Source of the DNA: Podarcis filfolensis | Taxonomy: Eukaryota | Length of the DNA: 64,000 nt | NCBI GenBank assembly: GCA_964270895.1 | Contig: OZ185444.1 | Reading direction: 5' to 3' (one strand) | Shown: positions 52,567-64,000 of the stretch, one piece after another | How the letters are laid out: every line of letters begins with the position of its first letter | Numbering within the stretch: the stretch's first letter is position 1 | Position numbers and translations under genes: made by a program | The notes under the pieces: generated by a model | The model's input: the letters and a program-made list of their open reading frames with translations, nothing else | Told to the model about the DNA's origin: nothing | Database searches by the model: none

Positions 52567-53255
52567 CTGGAAGAGAGAATCAAAGTATAAGCAACACAGG
52601 AAGTTGTTGAAGATAACTGATTTAGAAAAAATGTGTTGGAACTGAAGATTATGTAGCCCAAGTACAAAATATTCAGAACTGTACAATTTCAAACCTGTTG
52701 ATCTGCTGTACATGTATCTTTTCTCAGCAACAGTCTAGTGTACTATGCCCAAATGCAAACCACTACTCCCCATATGGTCTACATTGATTTTAGTTATGCA
52801 TTATATAGCTTCTCTTTTCTTGCATTCCACTACTAAAAGAATTCACAGCAACTAAGATTCCTGTACATCTAAGTCTGAAGGCAGAACTAGGTACATGACA
52901 AAGCACAGTTAAATGTTTACAAAGAGGATTGGGAGGCTTTTGAAAAAGTGAAGTCAATTTTTTATACTTCAAAACAAATATATTCAATATAAATTTGTAA
53001 TATTGACTAAAGTAATCAAAGGCTTTTCTACCCCAAACTCAGATTATGTGGCTATACTTAGGCAGGCAAATATTTGCTTTCTTAAGGTACAACACATCAT
53101 CAATATTGCAGGTGATAAACTAAGAGATTAATGCTAAAGCCTTCCACTCACCCCTCCCACCCCCCTGCAAAAATAAATAAATGAATAAATGGTGAAAAAA
53201 ACTTTATTTCATTTTTAAAATGACAAGTGATTTGAGCTGCTCAAGCATGACTTAC

Positions 53256-53312
53256 TGTTCAGGGTCCAGTGTATCATTTTTCCTTTTAGAAAACTGGTCT
53301 TTATTTATTGTG
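53256..53312 (-). CDS. EP300: p300 exon 21 (RING end)
   Basis: TINKDQFSKRKNDTLDPEQ; 57 nt; cctcag| and |gtaagt. Confidence 0.96.
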
Positions 53313-53949
53313 CTGAGGAGAAAAATTGATAATCACAGTTGTAACAAAAATAAGTAGCGGCTCATAATAATAATAAATCTTCCTAGCACCTACAGGAAAC
53401 CCTGCTACACAGCCCAATAGGACTCCATATGCATTCTGCTTCTTAAGAATAAAAAAATTTGAGAGAAAGGAAAACTACAGGTGAATTCAAATAATTAGGG
53501 CAATGTAGTGGCTACTTAAAAGCTTATAAGACACCAGAGTTGCCATTCATAACCTGTGACCACACACTTAAGCACTCCTCCCTCTCTGCAAATGCTTAAA
53601 AATCCAGAAAGTCTTAGGGTAGGCACAGGGCTTAGCAGTGTTGTCAGAAGCTACAGATAATTTCTTCCTCACTAGGTACAGGAACCATGCAGCCACCATG
53701 CAGCTTCTAACCATCCAAATTCAACCCTCCATCACAGATTGGGGAGCAGACAAGCACAAAGAGGCTACTAGGAAGTACAGAACGTACTATTTAAACACAT
53801 TCTACAGTTTGACGTATCATGAAACCCCATTTTATAAAACACATCATCTTTAAAGACTGACATTTATTAATATACAACTTATGACTAGCTTTTGGGTTAG
53901 TGAGACCTCCTTATCTTCTCTCAACTGTAATACTTGCTTTTACTATGAT

Positions 53950-54300
53950 AGCCTAGACATAGTTTTCCACCCTCTGGAAATTTCAGAGCTTGACTACTGT
54001 TATATGTTGTATATGGGGTTGCCTTTAAAATTGGTTCAGAAACTTCATCTGGTTCCAAACACAACCAATAAACTGTTAAGCAGGACACACTAGTTTCAGC
54101 ACCTCTGCAGTATTTAATAGTTCTACAAAGTTACCCAATATTTCCAAGTTCAATGCAAAGAGTCATTTTTATACCTTTAAAGCCCTGAACAGCTTGACAC
54201 TAGAGTACTTAAGAAGGACCATCTTTTCTTATATGCACCAGTCCACCTTCCAACACCCTTTTCCAGGTGCCCTCTTTTAGTGAGAGCATCTATGGTGCTT
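53950..54300 (+). mobile_element. Decayed L2 ORF2 fragment
   Basis: LDYCYMLYMGLPLKLVQKLHLVPN resembles L2 SRLDYCNALY.GLP..KLQLVQN. Confidence 0.75.
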
Positions 54301-54464
54301 TGTCTTTGAATAGTCTCTCTAGACATAAATATGGCAGTTACTTCTACCTTGATTCAGCTCAATTTCCTTTTTACCAAGGCTTTTAATTGAATTGCTGCAG
54401 CAATCTGATCTATTATTTTAGTGACTGTCATATTTCTCCCCCTTGCTGCTTACTTGAGTTTATT

Positions 54465-54596
54465 GTTACCAGACAGGTAGTAGCCATGTTAGTCTGTTAC
54501 AGCAAAATTAACAGGGTCTTGTGGCATCTTAAAGACCAACACATTTTATTATGGCATGTGCTTTCACGGACTAGAGCTTACTTTATCAGATACATG
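54465..54596. mobile_element. Penelope-like end fragment
   Basis: GGTAGTAGCCATGTTAGTCTG..TGGCATCTTAAAGACCAAC..TGCTTTC, reverse-similar to 27010-27126. Confidence 0.6.
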
Positions 54597-55169
54597 ATTT
54601 TGTTTATCGCAATGTTGCTAGCTATTTCATTCTTTTCTACTATGGTAAGCTATTCCAAGGAGGCTTTGTTGAAAAGCACCCTTTTAGAACAATATCAAAC
54701 TAATTAAATTAGGTTAGGAAATTATTGTTAATAACTGTTGTAGCACGTGCTTTTGTAACTTCTACCACTGAACTACTGCAGTGTGCTGTCTATAAAGCTG
54801 CTTTAGAATTTTTTTCAGAAGTTGATCCAGAATGTAGCAGACTTTTGCTGGCCATAAGAATTATGCTACACTTAATAGGATCGATTACTGGTTTGCTTCC
54901 AACCACAAACTCAAATTTCTGGTTTCAGCTTTTAAGGCCTTACCTGATCTGGGCCCTCATAACATGAAGGAATATCATAGGTACCCCATATGGAACTGAA
55001 ATTTTGGGAGGTGGTGTTATTACTGTATCCTCTCAAAGAGGTATGGACAGCAGCTGTAAGATATAGGCTGGGGTCCCCAGTGTGACACCTGCAAGTATCA
55101 CATTGCCCCCAGGCACCCACCTTGGTACAAGCCAAGACCCTCTGCCCCCCTTTTTAATGGGGAGTTGTG

Positions 55170-55560
55170 GTCACTCTACAAATATGTATAATCACATTGT
55201 GATATTTAGAGTTTTCCCCAGTCTCTTTACCAAAGATTCCAAACATGGAATTTGCCTTTTGCACAGCTGCCACACAATAGGTCAACATTTTCACTGTGCT
55301 ACCAATGATTTCAAGATTTCACTCCTGATGAGTAACCATCAGGTCAGACTCTATAAGCATATATGTGAAGTTAGGATGCTTTGCCCCGTTGCACATTACT
55401 TCATACTTGCTTACACTGAACAGCATTTGCTATTTTAATGCCCATTCATCCAGTTTGGATTCTTTTGGAGCTCCTCACAATACTCTTTTGGTTTTACCAC
55501 CTTAACAATTCAGTATCATCAGTAAAACTGGCTAATACACTGCTCGTGCTTAATTTCAAG
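55170..55560 (-). mobile_element. CR1 LINE reverse-transcriptase fragment
   Basis: Reverse strand ..CAGTTTTACTGATGATACTG (FADDT-like) and GGCAAAGCATCCTAACTTCACATAT, typical of CR1 ORF2. Confidence 0.75.
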
Positions 55561-57686
55561 TGATTTATGAACAAGTTAAAAAGCACCAGTACTAACCCAA
55601 ATTCTTAGGGACCCCACTTCTCAAATCCCTTCATTATAAGTTGTTGTTCTTTTTTACTATGTATTTTGTGGTTTTTATATTGTAATTTAATGTTGTGAAC
55701 TAACTGCCCTGAGATCTGTGGATGAAGGGCAGTATACAAAATGAATAAATGTCAAGTTTGGGGAAGGACAGGGGAGTAGCAATTGTTTGTATTTTTGTAT
55801 TATTACTATTTGTGGGGGAGAGATATTTTGCCTGCTTTAGTGTGTGTGTATCTAAGCATTACCTGTTAACCTTCTGTGATGTTTATTTAACAAAGTTTAT
55901 ATACTGCTTGATTCTAATAAATCTCTAAGTGGTTTACAAGACATAATGTTAATGTAATGTCAACAAAAAAGTTAAAACAGGTACTTTAAAATGTTCAAAC
56001 ATCAAATGTGCATATAATGAGGTAAGGTGATCTCAAAAGTAAATGGATCCCAAGCTGTTGAGGGCTTTGTATTAATATATCAATAGTAACGCCTTGAACT
56101 TGGCCTGGATATGAAAGGATATTTTGTAGTGCCTATAACAGTTTCTCAGATTTCAAAGAGTGCTCTTGGACTGGGGAAAAAATCTGGACATCTAGGATGT
56201 TCTTGGTGGTGATCTTCCAGTTATGAAATTGTTGCCTAGAGAAGCTTTTCCTGGCTAGCTCCCTTTCACCTTTTGAAGGGTAGGAAACTTTCCTTTTCTG
56301 GAAGACATTTGCTGCCTCAGTATCCAACCAGACTAAAAATTATATCTCTTGAGATCCAGTGTATTTTAGCATTAAAAATGTATTTAAAAGCATTTTAGGC
56401 ACTTCTTCTCCAAAAATCTACTACATATTTTCTCCTGTAGGTTAAATTAGTGGTGGACAAGACTGAAGACTAAGTTTTTAGCTAAGTCTCCTTCCAAGCG
56501 CTTCTTGTTTAATCCTTGGCATTAGGCTCTTTCCTGCTTCCCAAACCTTCCCTGTTTATATATTTTCACATATAACCAGAATCCATCAGGCAAAGGACCC
56601 CCACTTACTGCAATTAAGTAATCTATTTCACATATTATGGAACTATCAGAACAACATTACAAATATTGAAGTTGAAGCAAGGGAGCCTTACACACTGACC
56701 CAGTCCAGATTTCACGACAAGTCACACATCAGCATGACAAGAGTGAGCCACAAGCCTTGAGCTTGTGCACTCCCCTCCTGACAGTTCCAATGGTTCCACT
56801 TCTGGTTTAGATTAACAGCAACATCATGTCATCTGAACTTAACAAACTGTGGCTAGCATTAACTATGGGTTGTTTGAAACAAGCATGCTTCATAACACAT
56901 GGTTTGAAGTTGAGTTGTTGCAAGCCATAGTTAAGGTTAGTCACAGTTTAGGGTTCGGACAACATGCAGTTCTCATCTCATCCTTGCAGCTGTGCCTAAG
57001 GAGAAGAGGATGTGGCGTTCAAATATGGCCAATATGTAAAGGCACATAAATATTCTAAGTGTCAGAACATGGTTGCAACCTCCAGCAAACAATTCCTATG
57101 AACACTCTGCTCCAACATAACCCTATTTTGAGCAGGAAAATCTGTCACCCGTGTTTTCAAATTTAGGCCTGCTTTCAGTTAGGTACCTGCCTGAACAATT
57201 CCTTACTGGATCTCCTGCTCAACAGGTTAAAGGTAGTCATGGTGTGTATGTGTGTGTATGCACATGCACAAAATAGTTAAAAGTTAAAGCAAGCTGTGAA
57301 GTCTCTTTTCTACAAGCAGAAGCAACAAAAAAATTTGCAGGCTCAGGTGGGACTGGAATTCTTAAACATTAGGTCTTTATTAAATCTAGCATATAAACTG
57401 GAAGAATGCTTCTACTTTTCAAAAGTGGTTTTTCATATTCTCACCAAAATATGAATGTGTTTTAAAAGCTAAAGCTCATTCTGAAACATAAGGTTTGTCT
57501 TGTTTTCAAATAATATTCCTGTCCTCTGTTCCTCCCATAATTGCACAAGGCCTCAGCATTAAATAAGGAATTTTACCATAAATTTGATGTAAATTGTTTA
57601 ATAGTATTTAGAGTATGAGATTGACTAATGCTATGATAAATGTTGTAAGAAATTTAAAAATAATTAGAAAGGAGATAGCTACTCAC

Positions 57687-57767
57687 GTTTGAGGCTGTGA
57701 TGGGTCGTCCCCCAAAGAAACGCTCTCTCCTTGGATTTCATTGAAGCACTTCTCACAGAAATGATAC
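57687..57767 (-). CDS. EP300: p300 exon 20 (RING), canonical 81-nt form; alternative acceptor at 57797 gives 111 nt
   Basis: ccgacag|G TAT CAT..YHFCEKCFNEIQGESVSLGDDPSQPQT|gtgagt. Confidence 0.97.
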
Positions 57768-58127
57768 CTGTCGGCAAGAAGGCCATATTTGGGTGAACTG
57801 TTCCGTCCACACAACACAGCCCAAGCCAAGCAACGGAGCCACCAATCACAGCAGGCCAAGGAGGGGGGCGGGAGCAGAGAGCAGGTCATCAACGGCGACA
57901 GGGACATTCAATGATGAAGATTTATGGGACCCAGAGTTTGTGTTTGGTTTTGTTTTTTTGTTTGGGTTGGTTTTTTTGCAATCAAAGCCAAGTGCAGACA
58001 ACGACAAGCATGAAGGAGAAATAAAAAAACAACACACACACACGAACAAAGAAATAGGGATTTGCAGGACGAAAAACAAAAACACAGAAGCAAGACAGGA
58101 CAACACAAAGCAGAAAGCCAAGGCAAA

Positions 58128-58140
58128 GCACAGATTAGCA
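58128..58140 (-). promoter_or_regulatory. Candidate distant branch point (TGCTAATC, branch A at 58135) at the 5' edge of an AG-exclusion zone
   Basis: Matches YTNAY; followed by a long U/C tract; no AG from 58146 to 57800. Confidence 0.6.
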
Positions 58141-60254
58141 TTAAATCTCTCAAATGGGATCACAAGCAGCAAATTATAGCAAATAAAAAGAGTATTCCAT
58201 TTTAGTATGCCCATGCCCTCCTCATTTCAATAATCAATGCTACAATAAAGCAGAGAATCAAAATGAAGAAAGGGTAAGAGCAATTGCTGCTCTGACATCT
58301 GCATCAGGGTAGCAACTCTTTTCACAAGAACATCTGCCAGGAGAGGGCTGGAAAGGGGTGAAAACAATCCATCTTGAGAATGCTCAAATGTTGACAGGCC
58401 AGTCCTTCCCCTCAAAGCATTTTTTGTTTGCAACATCTGTTTAAAGCAGCAGTAACCACCCCCAAAACAATTTCTATGCAATTGTTCATGATCTGCCAAA
58501 ATGACAGGTGCTTTAAGGCATCTGACAATCAGCCGTGCATATGTATGTTCTTAATATGTGACATACTGATGCTCCATGCCTCCAAATTGATGTATAATTG
58601 ACATATTAAAAGGATTCCATCTTCATCTAAATTAATGTTGAATGCTTTACTCAAGATGTTTTTTTACCCGCAAGAGTGCACAGAAACTGCAGCCTTTCCA
58701 TTGCTAAGCAAGTTAATTTGAGTGCAAACATACAACAAAAAGAAACAAAAACAAAAAACAAAACTGTGACAGTATTATAAAGCAAAGCAAAACCAACACT
58801 AGAGGAAATGTAATTGCTAAGGGACGGATCACTTCTTCACCACCTATGTTTCCTATCTATAACAGGTTAGTTTATTTATTACACTGATACAATGACAAAC
58901 ATTGATTTGGACATTCAAAAGACCAGTGTCCAAAGAACCACTTAGTGTTATCTGCTTGGTGGGGGGGGCTTTGCCTTGCATGTTTTGGACTGCAACCTTC
59001 CATTCCACATTGTTTTTGAAACTCCTCTTAATTTCAAAAGCTGTGATATGGCATGACAGTCTGCTGATTAAAGGTAAAAAAATCCAGTAGCAATGCCCTA
59101 GCCCATGTACACACCTACAGCAGTTCTTTGGATCCCAGCTCATATGTATACATATGAAGATTTCTTTACTCAAGTTGGCATTTGTGATAAAAATGGCTTA
59201 TGGCATGAAGCTGTAAAGTTATAGAAATAAATGAAAGCTTAGCTTTAGATTTGTTAAAGAACTAGTTGTCTACTTCAGCAACCCACCCAAAGCACGATTT
59301 GCAGCAATACTCCTGACAAAAAACGTGAAAAAGTTGTGTTCTCAGTTTTCCTTCCTCCCTTAGAAGAGCTCCAAACACAGTTTTTCCTATCAGATGTTTT
59401 CCGACCCCAAAGCAGAACATAGAACCATGCTATCACAGAAAGCAAGTCTTCAGAAAGACTGCCATCATCATGCAGGTGCAGGTGGTAAAATTAAGATGCA
59501 CGGTGATGCTTATTTAATCAAACAACTCCAGCGTTCACTCCTCAGTTAATTTCCACTTCAGAAAAGGGCTATTGAGAACAAACTGAAGGCTGCAGGTCCA
59601 GTGGAGTACAGAGAAGTTGCTGGTTTACTGAAATTCCCATAAATGATGCCGGACCAGGTAAATCTTGGTCTGATGCAGTGCAAGATTTAGCTTCTTAAAC
59701 AAAAGTACATACTCAGGAACACTTGACAGTTATGCCTCAATAGTTAAGAGATCCCAAGCACACACACAGGAGTGCTACTAGCATAGAAATTCTAGCTGAG
59801 AGTGAGAGGCTGTAAGAGGCCATGGCAGAGTCAAGTCAGCCCCTCTCTGACCTTGCTTTTCACGCAGCTCAAACAAAACACAGCTTTACAACTACAGCTT
59901 TGGTTGAAATAATTGTGATCTAAAACAGGAAATATGTCTCCCTTAGGACAAGACTGAATGTTAAATGCAGTGAACTCAAGATGCAAACATGCATGCTTTT
60001 CTGTGCACTGTTTCATACAGAGGAAAAAATGATGGCTTTACTGCAAAAGCTTTGAACTTATCTAAAGCATATGGAGAGTTTATATTAACATCCTAATTTC
60101 TGAAACAGGAAGAAAAAGTCAATTGATGCAACAAGGCACTTGGCTTGCATGGGAAGTAATCTGCTGAGTATGCTATAAATATAAGTGCATGCCTGCCTAT
60201 ATCTAATATAATTTTTCACAGCAGGTGCAATGCTGTACCCAAGCATTTTCTTAC

Positions 60255-60343
60255 CTGTTTTGGTAACTGTAATATGTAGCATCTCGTGGGATTGTGCATA
60301 ACTGTTTGCCATAGCAACATAAAGTCTGTGGTGAAAACTCCAA
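60255..60343 (-). CDS. EP300: p300 exon 19 (RING start)
   Basis: LEFSPQTLCCYGKQLCTIPRDATYYSYQN(R); 89 nt; ttttcag| and |gtaaga. Confidence 0.97.
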
Positions 60344-61091
60344 CTGAAAAGAGAGGGGAACGCAGGTTGCTTACAGGTATCCAAGAAATAAGACACTTTA
60401 AAGCAAAGTTTCAAAAGCTGCTACAAAAGCAGCAGAAGCACAGATCCCACCCAATGAGGGCATGCACACTATCTCCAGAGGGCAGGCTGGGCACCAAATT
60501 TTCCTAATAGATAAGCTCTAGAAGGTTCCAGACACTGTCCTGAAGAGGCAGAAAGCCCATACTTGGGATTGCACAGAAACCTCAGGTTTTTGTTTATAAG
60601 TATTCATGAAGTATTATTCATGAATAAGTATTCATGAAGTATCAGTGGTGGTAGTTCAGTATCAACACTGTCCGCCCCTCCCCAAGCTCCTAGAATCAGA
60701 GCACAACCTACAAATGTTGTGGTGCTAATGATGATTCCTGTACAACATAACATTTATTAGGCAGTAGTTTTATCCATTTACCCCAAAGAAAACCTTGCCA
60801 TCAAACTATTTTGTACACAACTACATGTAGGGGTAGACCAGGGACAATAAACTTCTTAGCCTTGGAGGACCATCTGCTTATATGCAGTAGGAAAACAACT
60901 GAATGTTGTATTTAATGATGCACATTAAGACTCTGGAGTAAGTACGGAACACAATTTAAGACAATCCTAAAATAGTTCACCATACTTGATTTCTATATTA
61001 GCATTCAAAACAGACTTAAGGGATCCTTAAAATTAGACATTGAAGTGTTTGGGTAATTTCCTGAAATTCAGCTTAAGATGACTCTCCTTAC

Positions 61092-61331
61092 CTTTCGTCC
61101 ACAACAATAGCCAAGGCTCTGCATAACTGGATCAATTTCCTGCTCAAACACCTCTGCCAGCTTGGAACAGTACTTATATACTCTAGATGTTTTGCGGTTG
61201 TAAAGCCAGGCATTGTTGAACATGAGCCAAATATCATCGACATACTGCCAGGGCTCCTGGTACTGTCCTGTGTCAAGCTTCCTCTTGATTGTAGAAAGAT
61301 CCATGGGGTTCTTTACTATATCAAAGTAATC
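61092..61331 (-). CDS. EP300: p300 exon 18 (bromodomain)
   Basis: DYFDIVKNPMDLSTIKRKLDTGQYQEPWQYVDDIWLMFNNAWLYNRKTSRVYKYCSKLAEVFEQEIDPVMQSLGYCCGRK; 240 nt. Confidence 0.99.
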
Positions 61332-61625
61332 CTGAAAAATAAATAAATAAGAATTCTGAACCCTTGGATGCAGACCTGGAATGTCTTTGCTTATCTCATC
61401 TACAAAAGCCTGAAACCCCATCTCAGAAAGTAATGGGTAAGACATTTGCTTTCGGTCAGACAAATTTAAAAATGCCCAATACAGAAGACAACTTTGCTCT
61501 GAAGGAGACTAATCTGAAAAAAAGAAAAAGGAAAAAGATGGAGCTACAGGATTTTGTTGTTACACACCAAAGCCCTGGAAAAGTAGTTACGCATTGAGAG
61601 AAATGTTTCTTTTCAATACACTTAC

Positions 61626-61744
61626 AGGAATTCCTAGTAGTTGGGGATCCACAGGCTGTCGGAAGGGAAGGGACTCTGGGTCCTGACGGTAAAGTGCCTC
61701 CAAAGTTGGCATAAGTGCCTGCCTCAACTCTTCTGGCTTGAAAA
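61626..61744 (-). CDS. EP300: p300 exon 17 (bromodomain start)
   Basis: IFKPEELRQALMPTLEALYRQDPESLPFRQPVDPQLLGIP; 119 nt. Confidence 0.98.
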
Positions 61745-62136
61745 CTTGTGAAAGGAGACACATAACAGAAAATTAACCAAAAAAATTAGAAATATGATTA
61801 ACATCAAGACAATGCTTCATTTCCAGTTTCCCCACTCATTATCCAATGGTGAAGTGTTAGGCATTGACTAATTTACAATAGTCAGAACAGGAATCTGATA
61901 CGGAACAACAGTAGGAATTAAAAATATTTTACTCAAGAGCTAATGTGCACAGTAAATGTAAAGTTTGGCTAATAGTTAAATTTCATAGGCCTGCCTCCTA
62001 ACCAGTGTTTCGTTAGATAAGGCACATCATTCTATGGATGTCCTATTACCAAAATGTTAACATGTGAAGATCAAGTCTCAAACTTAAGAAAACTACACAG
62101 GTTCTCTATGTAGCTGAAAAGAAACAGTAAACTTAC

Positions 62137-62293
62137 TTTTCCTCTTTGACTGTCCTGAAGCTGGTGAAGACTGAGTACCTGGAGTACTAGGTCTTTCCTC
62201 CTCTTCCTTCACTTCTTGCTTCACTTCTGGTTTTTTCTCTTCTTGCTCTGTTGATTCAGATTTGCATTCCTCAGACATGGATTCTACCTTAAC
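62137..62293 (-). CDS. EP300: p300 exon 16 (CRD1 SUMO region); earlier exons lie beyond the window
   Basis: VKVESMSEECKSESTEQEEKKPEVKQEVKEEEERPSTPGTQSSPASGQSKRK; ttccag| and |gtaagt. Confidence 0.92.
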
Positions 62294-62422
62294 CTGGAAA
62301 AGCAAGAAGACATTTATGAGCAAAAAGCAATTAATAATAATAACAACAATAATAACAAATGATCACACCTTCAAGAATAATAATGAAGAAAGCGGCTGGG
62401 TGACACTGTATGTACTCCATTA

Positions 62423-63444
62423 CAGTGGCGGCGAACCTATGGCACGCATGCCAGAGTGGGCACTCAGAGCCCTCTCTGATGGCACGTGCACCATAGCCCT
62501 AGCAGGGCCGTTGCTAGGGGTTGGCAAAGGGACAGCCACTCCCCCCATGCCAATGCGGGTGGGAAACGCTCCCTAAGACGCGCACTGCCCTCAGCAGCAT
62601 CAGGGAGAGTTGTGTGCCGGCCAACCAGCCCCACCCCCATGCTGCAATTTAAAACAGACAGGGCGCTGGGTAAGGAAGCATGGAAACAGTGGGTTGTGAT
62701 GGTGTGGGTTTGGATCTGAAGCAGGTTTGGATTTTTATATTTTATTTTGGCCTGGAGCGACAGCTCAGCTAGCCATCGATAAACCGAAAGGTCTGTCTCT
62801 TACTCTTGAGGACAAACAGCAGGCTCGGGCTGTGCTGCTGTTTTCAAGATCCATGATGCAGAGCAGGGTGGGGGTGGAGGAGCCTGCCCTCCGACGCCAG
62901 GGAGGGGAGAGCTACGCTGGGCCACACTTGGGCAAAGCAAAACACACACACAGGAGAGGGGGCAGCTTTGCAATGTGCCACATCGGGATGCTTCTGCCTG
63001 GTTTTGCATAAGCCTGATTTCCCTGCCTTTCCCCCCTCCTTTTTTTGAACTCAGAAGGAGGTTGCTCTTTCGCCTGTGTTGGACAGCGCAGACCGGGTGG
63101 GGAAGAGGGAGAACCAGTGAGAGGGTGGGCGAGGCGCAGAAGGAGTGAATGTCATGAAGCGGGGCTGGAAGAAGTGAAGGGGTGGAGGCGAGCTGCTCCT
63201 TGAAGACACCTTCACAATAGGAGACCTTGCTGCCTGCATGCTGCGAAGCCAATGAGCCTCAGTTCTCCTTCCTGCCCACCCAAAGCCCAACCCAACAGAG
63301 CGACTCCAGCTTCCCTGGTGAATGGGTCGGTCAGCCAGCTCCGGGTTTTCCCGAGTTCCACGCTGAGTCCTCTGTCTGTGTCTGTCTGTCTGTCTGTTTC
63401 CTCTCTGCTTTTCTCTTGTTCTCCAATGCCCGGGAGAGAAGCGC
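62423..63444. mobile_element. hAT element end plus GC-rich repeat-like sequence running into the assembly gap
   Basis: CAGTGGCGGCGAACCTATGGCACGCATGCC is a typical squamate hAT TIR; no partner TIR is visible; the internal extent is uncertain. Confidence 0.45.
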
Positions 63445-63580
63445 NNNNNNNNNNNNNNNNNNNNNNNNNNNNNNNNNNNNNNNNNNNNNNNNNNNNNNNN
63501 NNNNNNNNNNNNNNNNNNNNNNNNNNNNNNNNNNNNNNNNNNNNNNNNNNNNNNNNNNNNNNNNNNNNNNNNNNNNNNNN
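63445..63580. other. Assembly gap (136 N)
   Basis: Run of N. Confidence 1.
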
Positions 63581-63790
63581 GCCAGAGCCGGGCTCAGGGC
63601 GGCTAACACCAATAAAACCACAGTAAAAACATAATAGGGGAAAAAGAGAGGGGGGGAAAAACAATTTAAAATACAGGTTAAAATAAAATTTTAAATGCAG
63701 CCTCATTTTAAAATAGCTGATAAATCAAGACAATAAGGGGAGGGAAACATAAGGGTCGGACCGAGTCCAAACCAAAGGCCAGGCAGAACA
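63581..63790 (-). mobile_element. L2-type LINE 3' tail adjoining the gap
   Basis: GGGCTCAGGGCGGCTAACACCAATAAAACCACAGTAAAAAC..AAAGGCCAGGC resembles reverse L2 tails. Confidence 0.5.
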
Positions 63791-64000
63791 TGCAGGGAAA
63801 GTATCCCGAGAGTGCTTCACAACACACACAAGTGCTGTCAAATTAATAGTGCAGATGAATTTACAGCAAGGCCACTGGGATCAGCACTTCCAGAAAGCCA
63901 AATATTTCACCACCAGCATGAAAAGAAGCCACAGATAAATTATTGTTCTCTGCAGGTGTGGCTTGCGCTATAACCATAAAACAATTTTTCTAGTCTGGGT

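Noticed and set aside
60598-60642. Three short TATTCATGAA repeats or palindromes
   Set aside because: Looks like local slippage; too short and irregular for a functional array, and not CRISPR-like.

Overview
Vertebrate genomic DNA, very probably a lacertid lizard (inferred from recalled squamate repeat families). It holds the syntenic EP300-L3MBTL2-CHADL block: the last coding exons of CHADL (+, 546-1692); the complete 17-exon L3MBTL2 (-, ATG 28305/28323 to stop 5714; the exons sum to 2388 nt from the second ATG, 795 aa); and EP300 exons 16-31 (-, 62293 to stop 38056, poly(A) signal 36946-36951). All exon junctions were read by hand, are GT-AG and keep phase. Exon numbers and human comparisons are recalled, not database lookups. 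Introns carry L2, CR1 and Penelope fragments, Tc1/pogo and hAT MITEs, a hAT-Charlie transposase fossil and microsatellites; 63445-63580 is an assembly gap. The most striking unexplained structure is EP300 intron 19: a 347-nt stretch with no AG on the sense strand, a branch-point consensus at its 5' edge, an in-frame alternative acceptor adding 10 aa to the RING domain, and an upstream candidate 36-nt in-frame cassette exon. Together these suggest a splicing module that edits the autoinhibitory RING of p300. Also notable: a 57-nt tandem repeat multiplying SUMO-consensus motifs at the L3MBTL2 C-terminus, an apparent acceptor shift at L3MBTL2 exon 15, and back-to-back poly(A) signals between CHADL and L3MBTL2.
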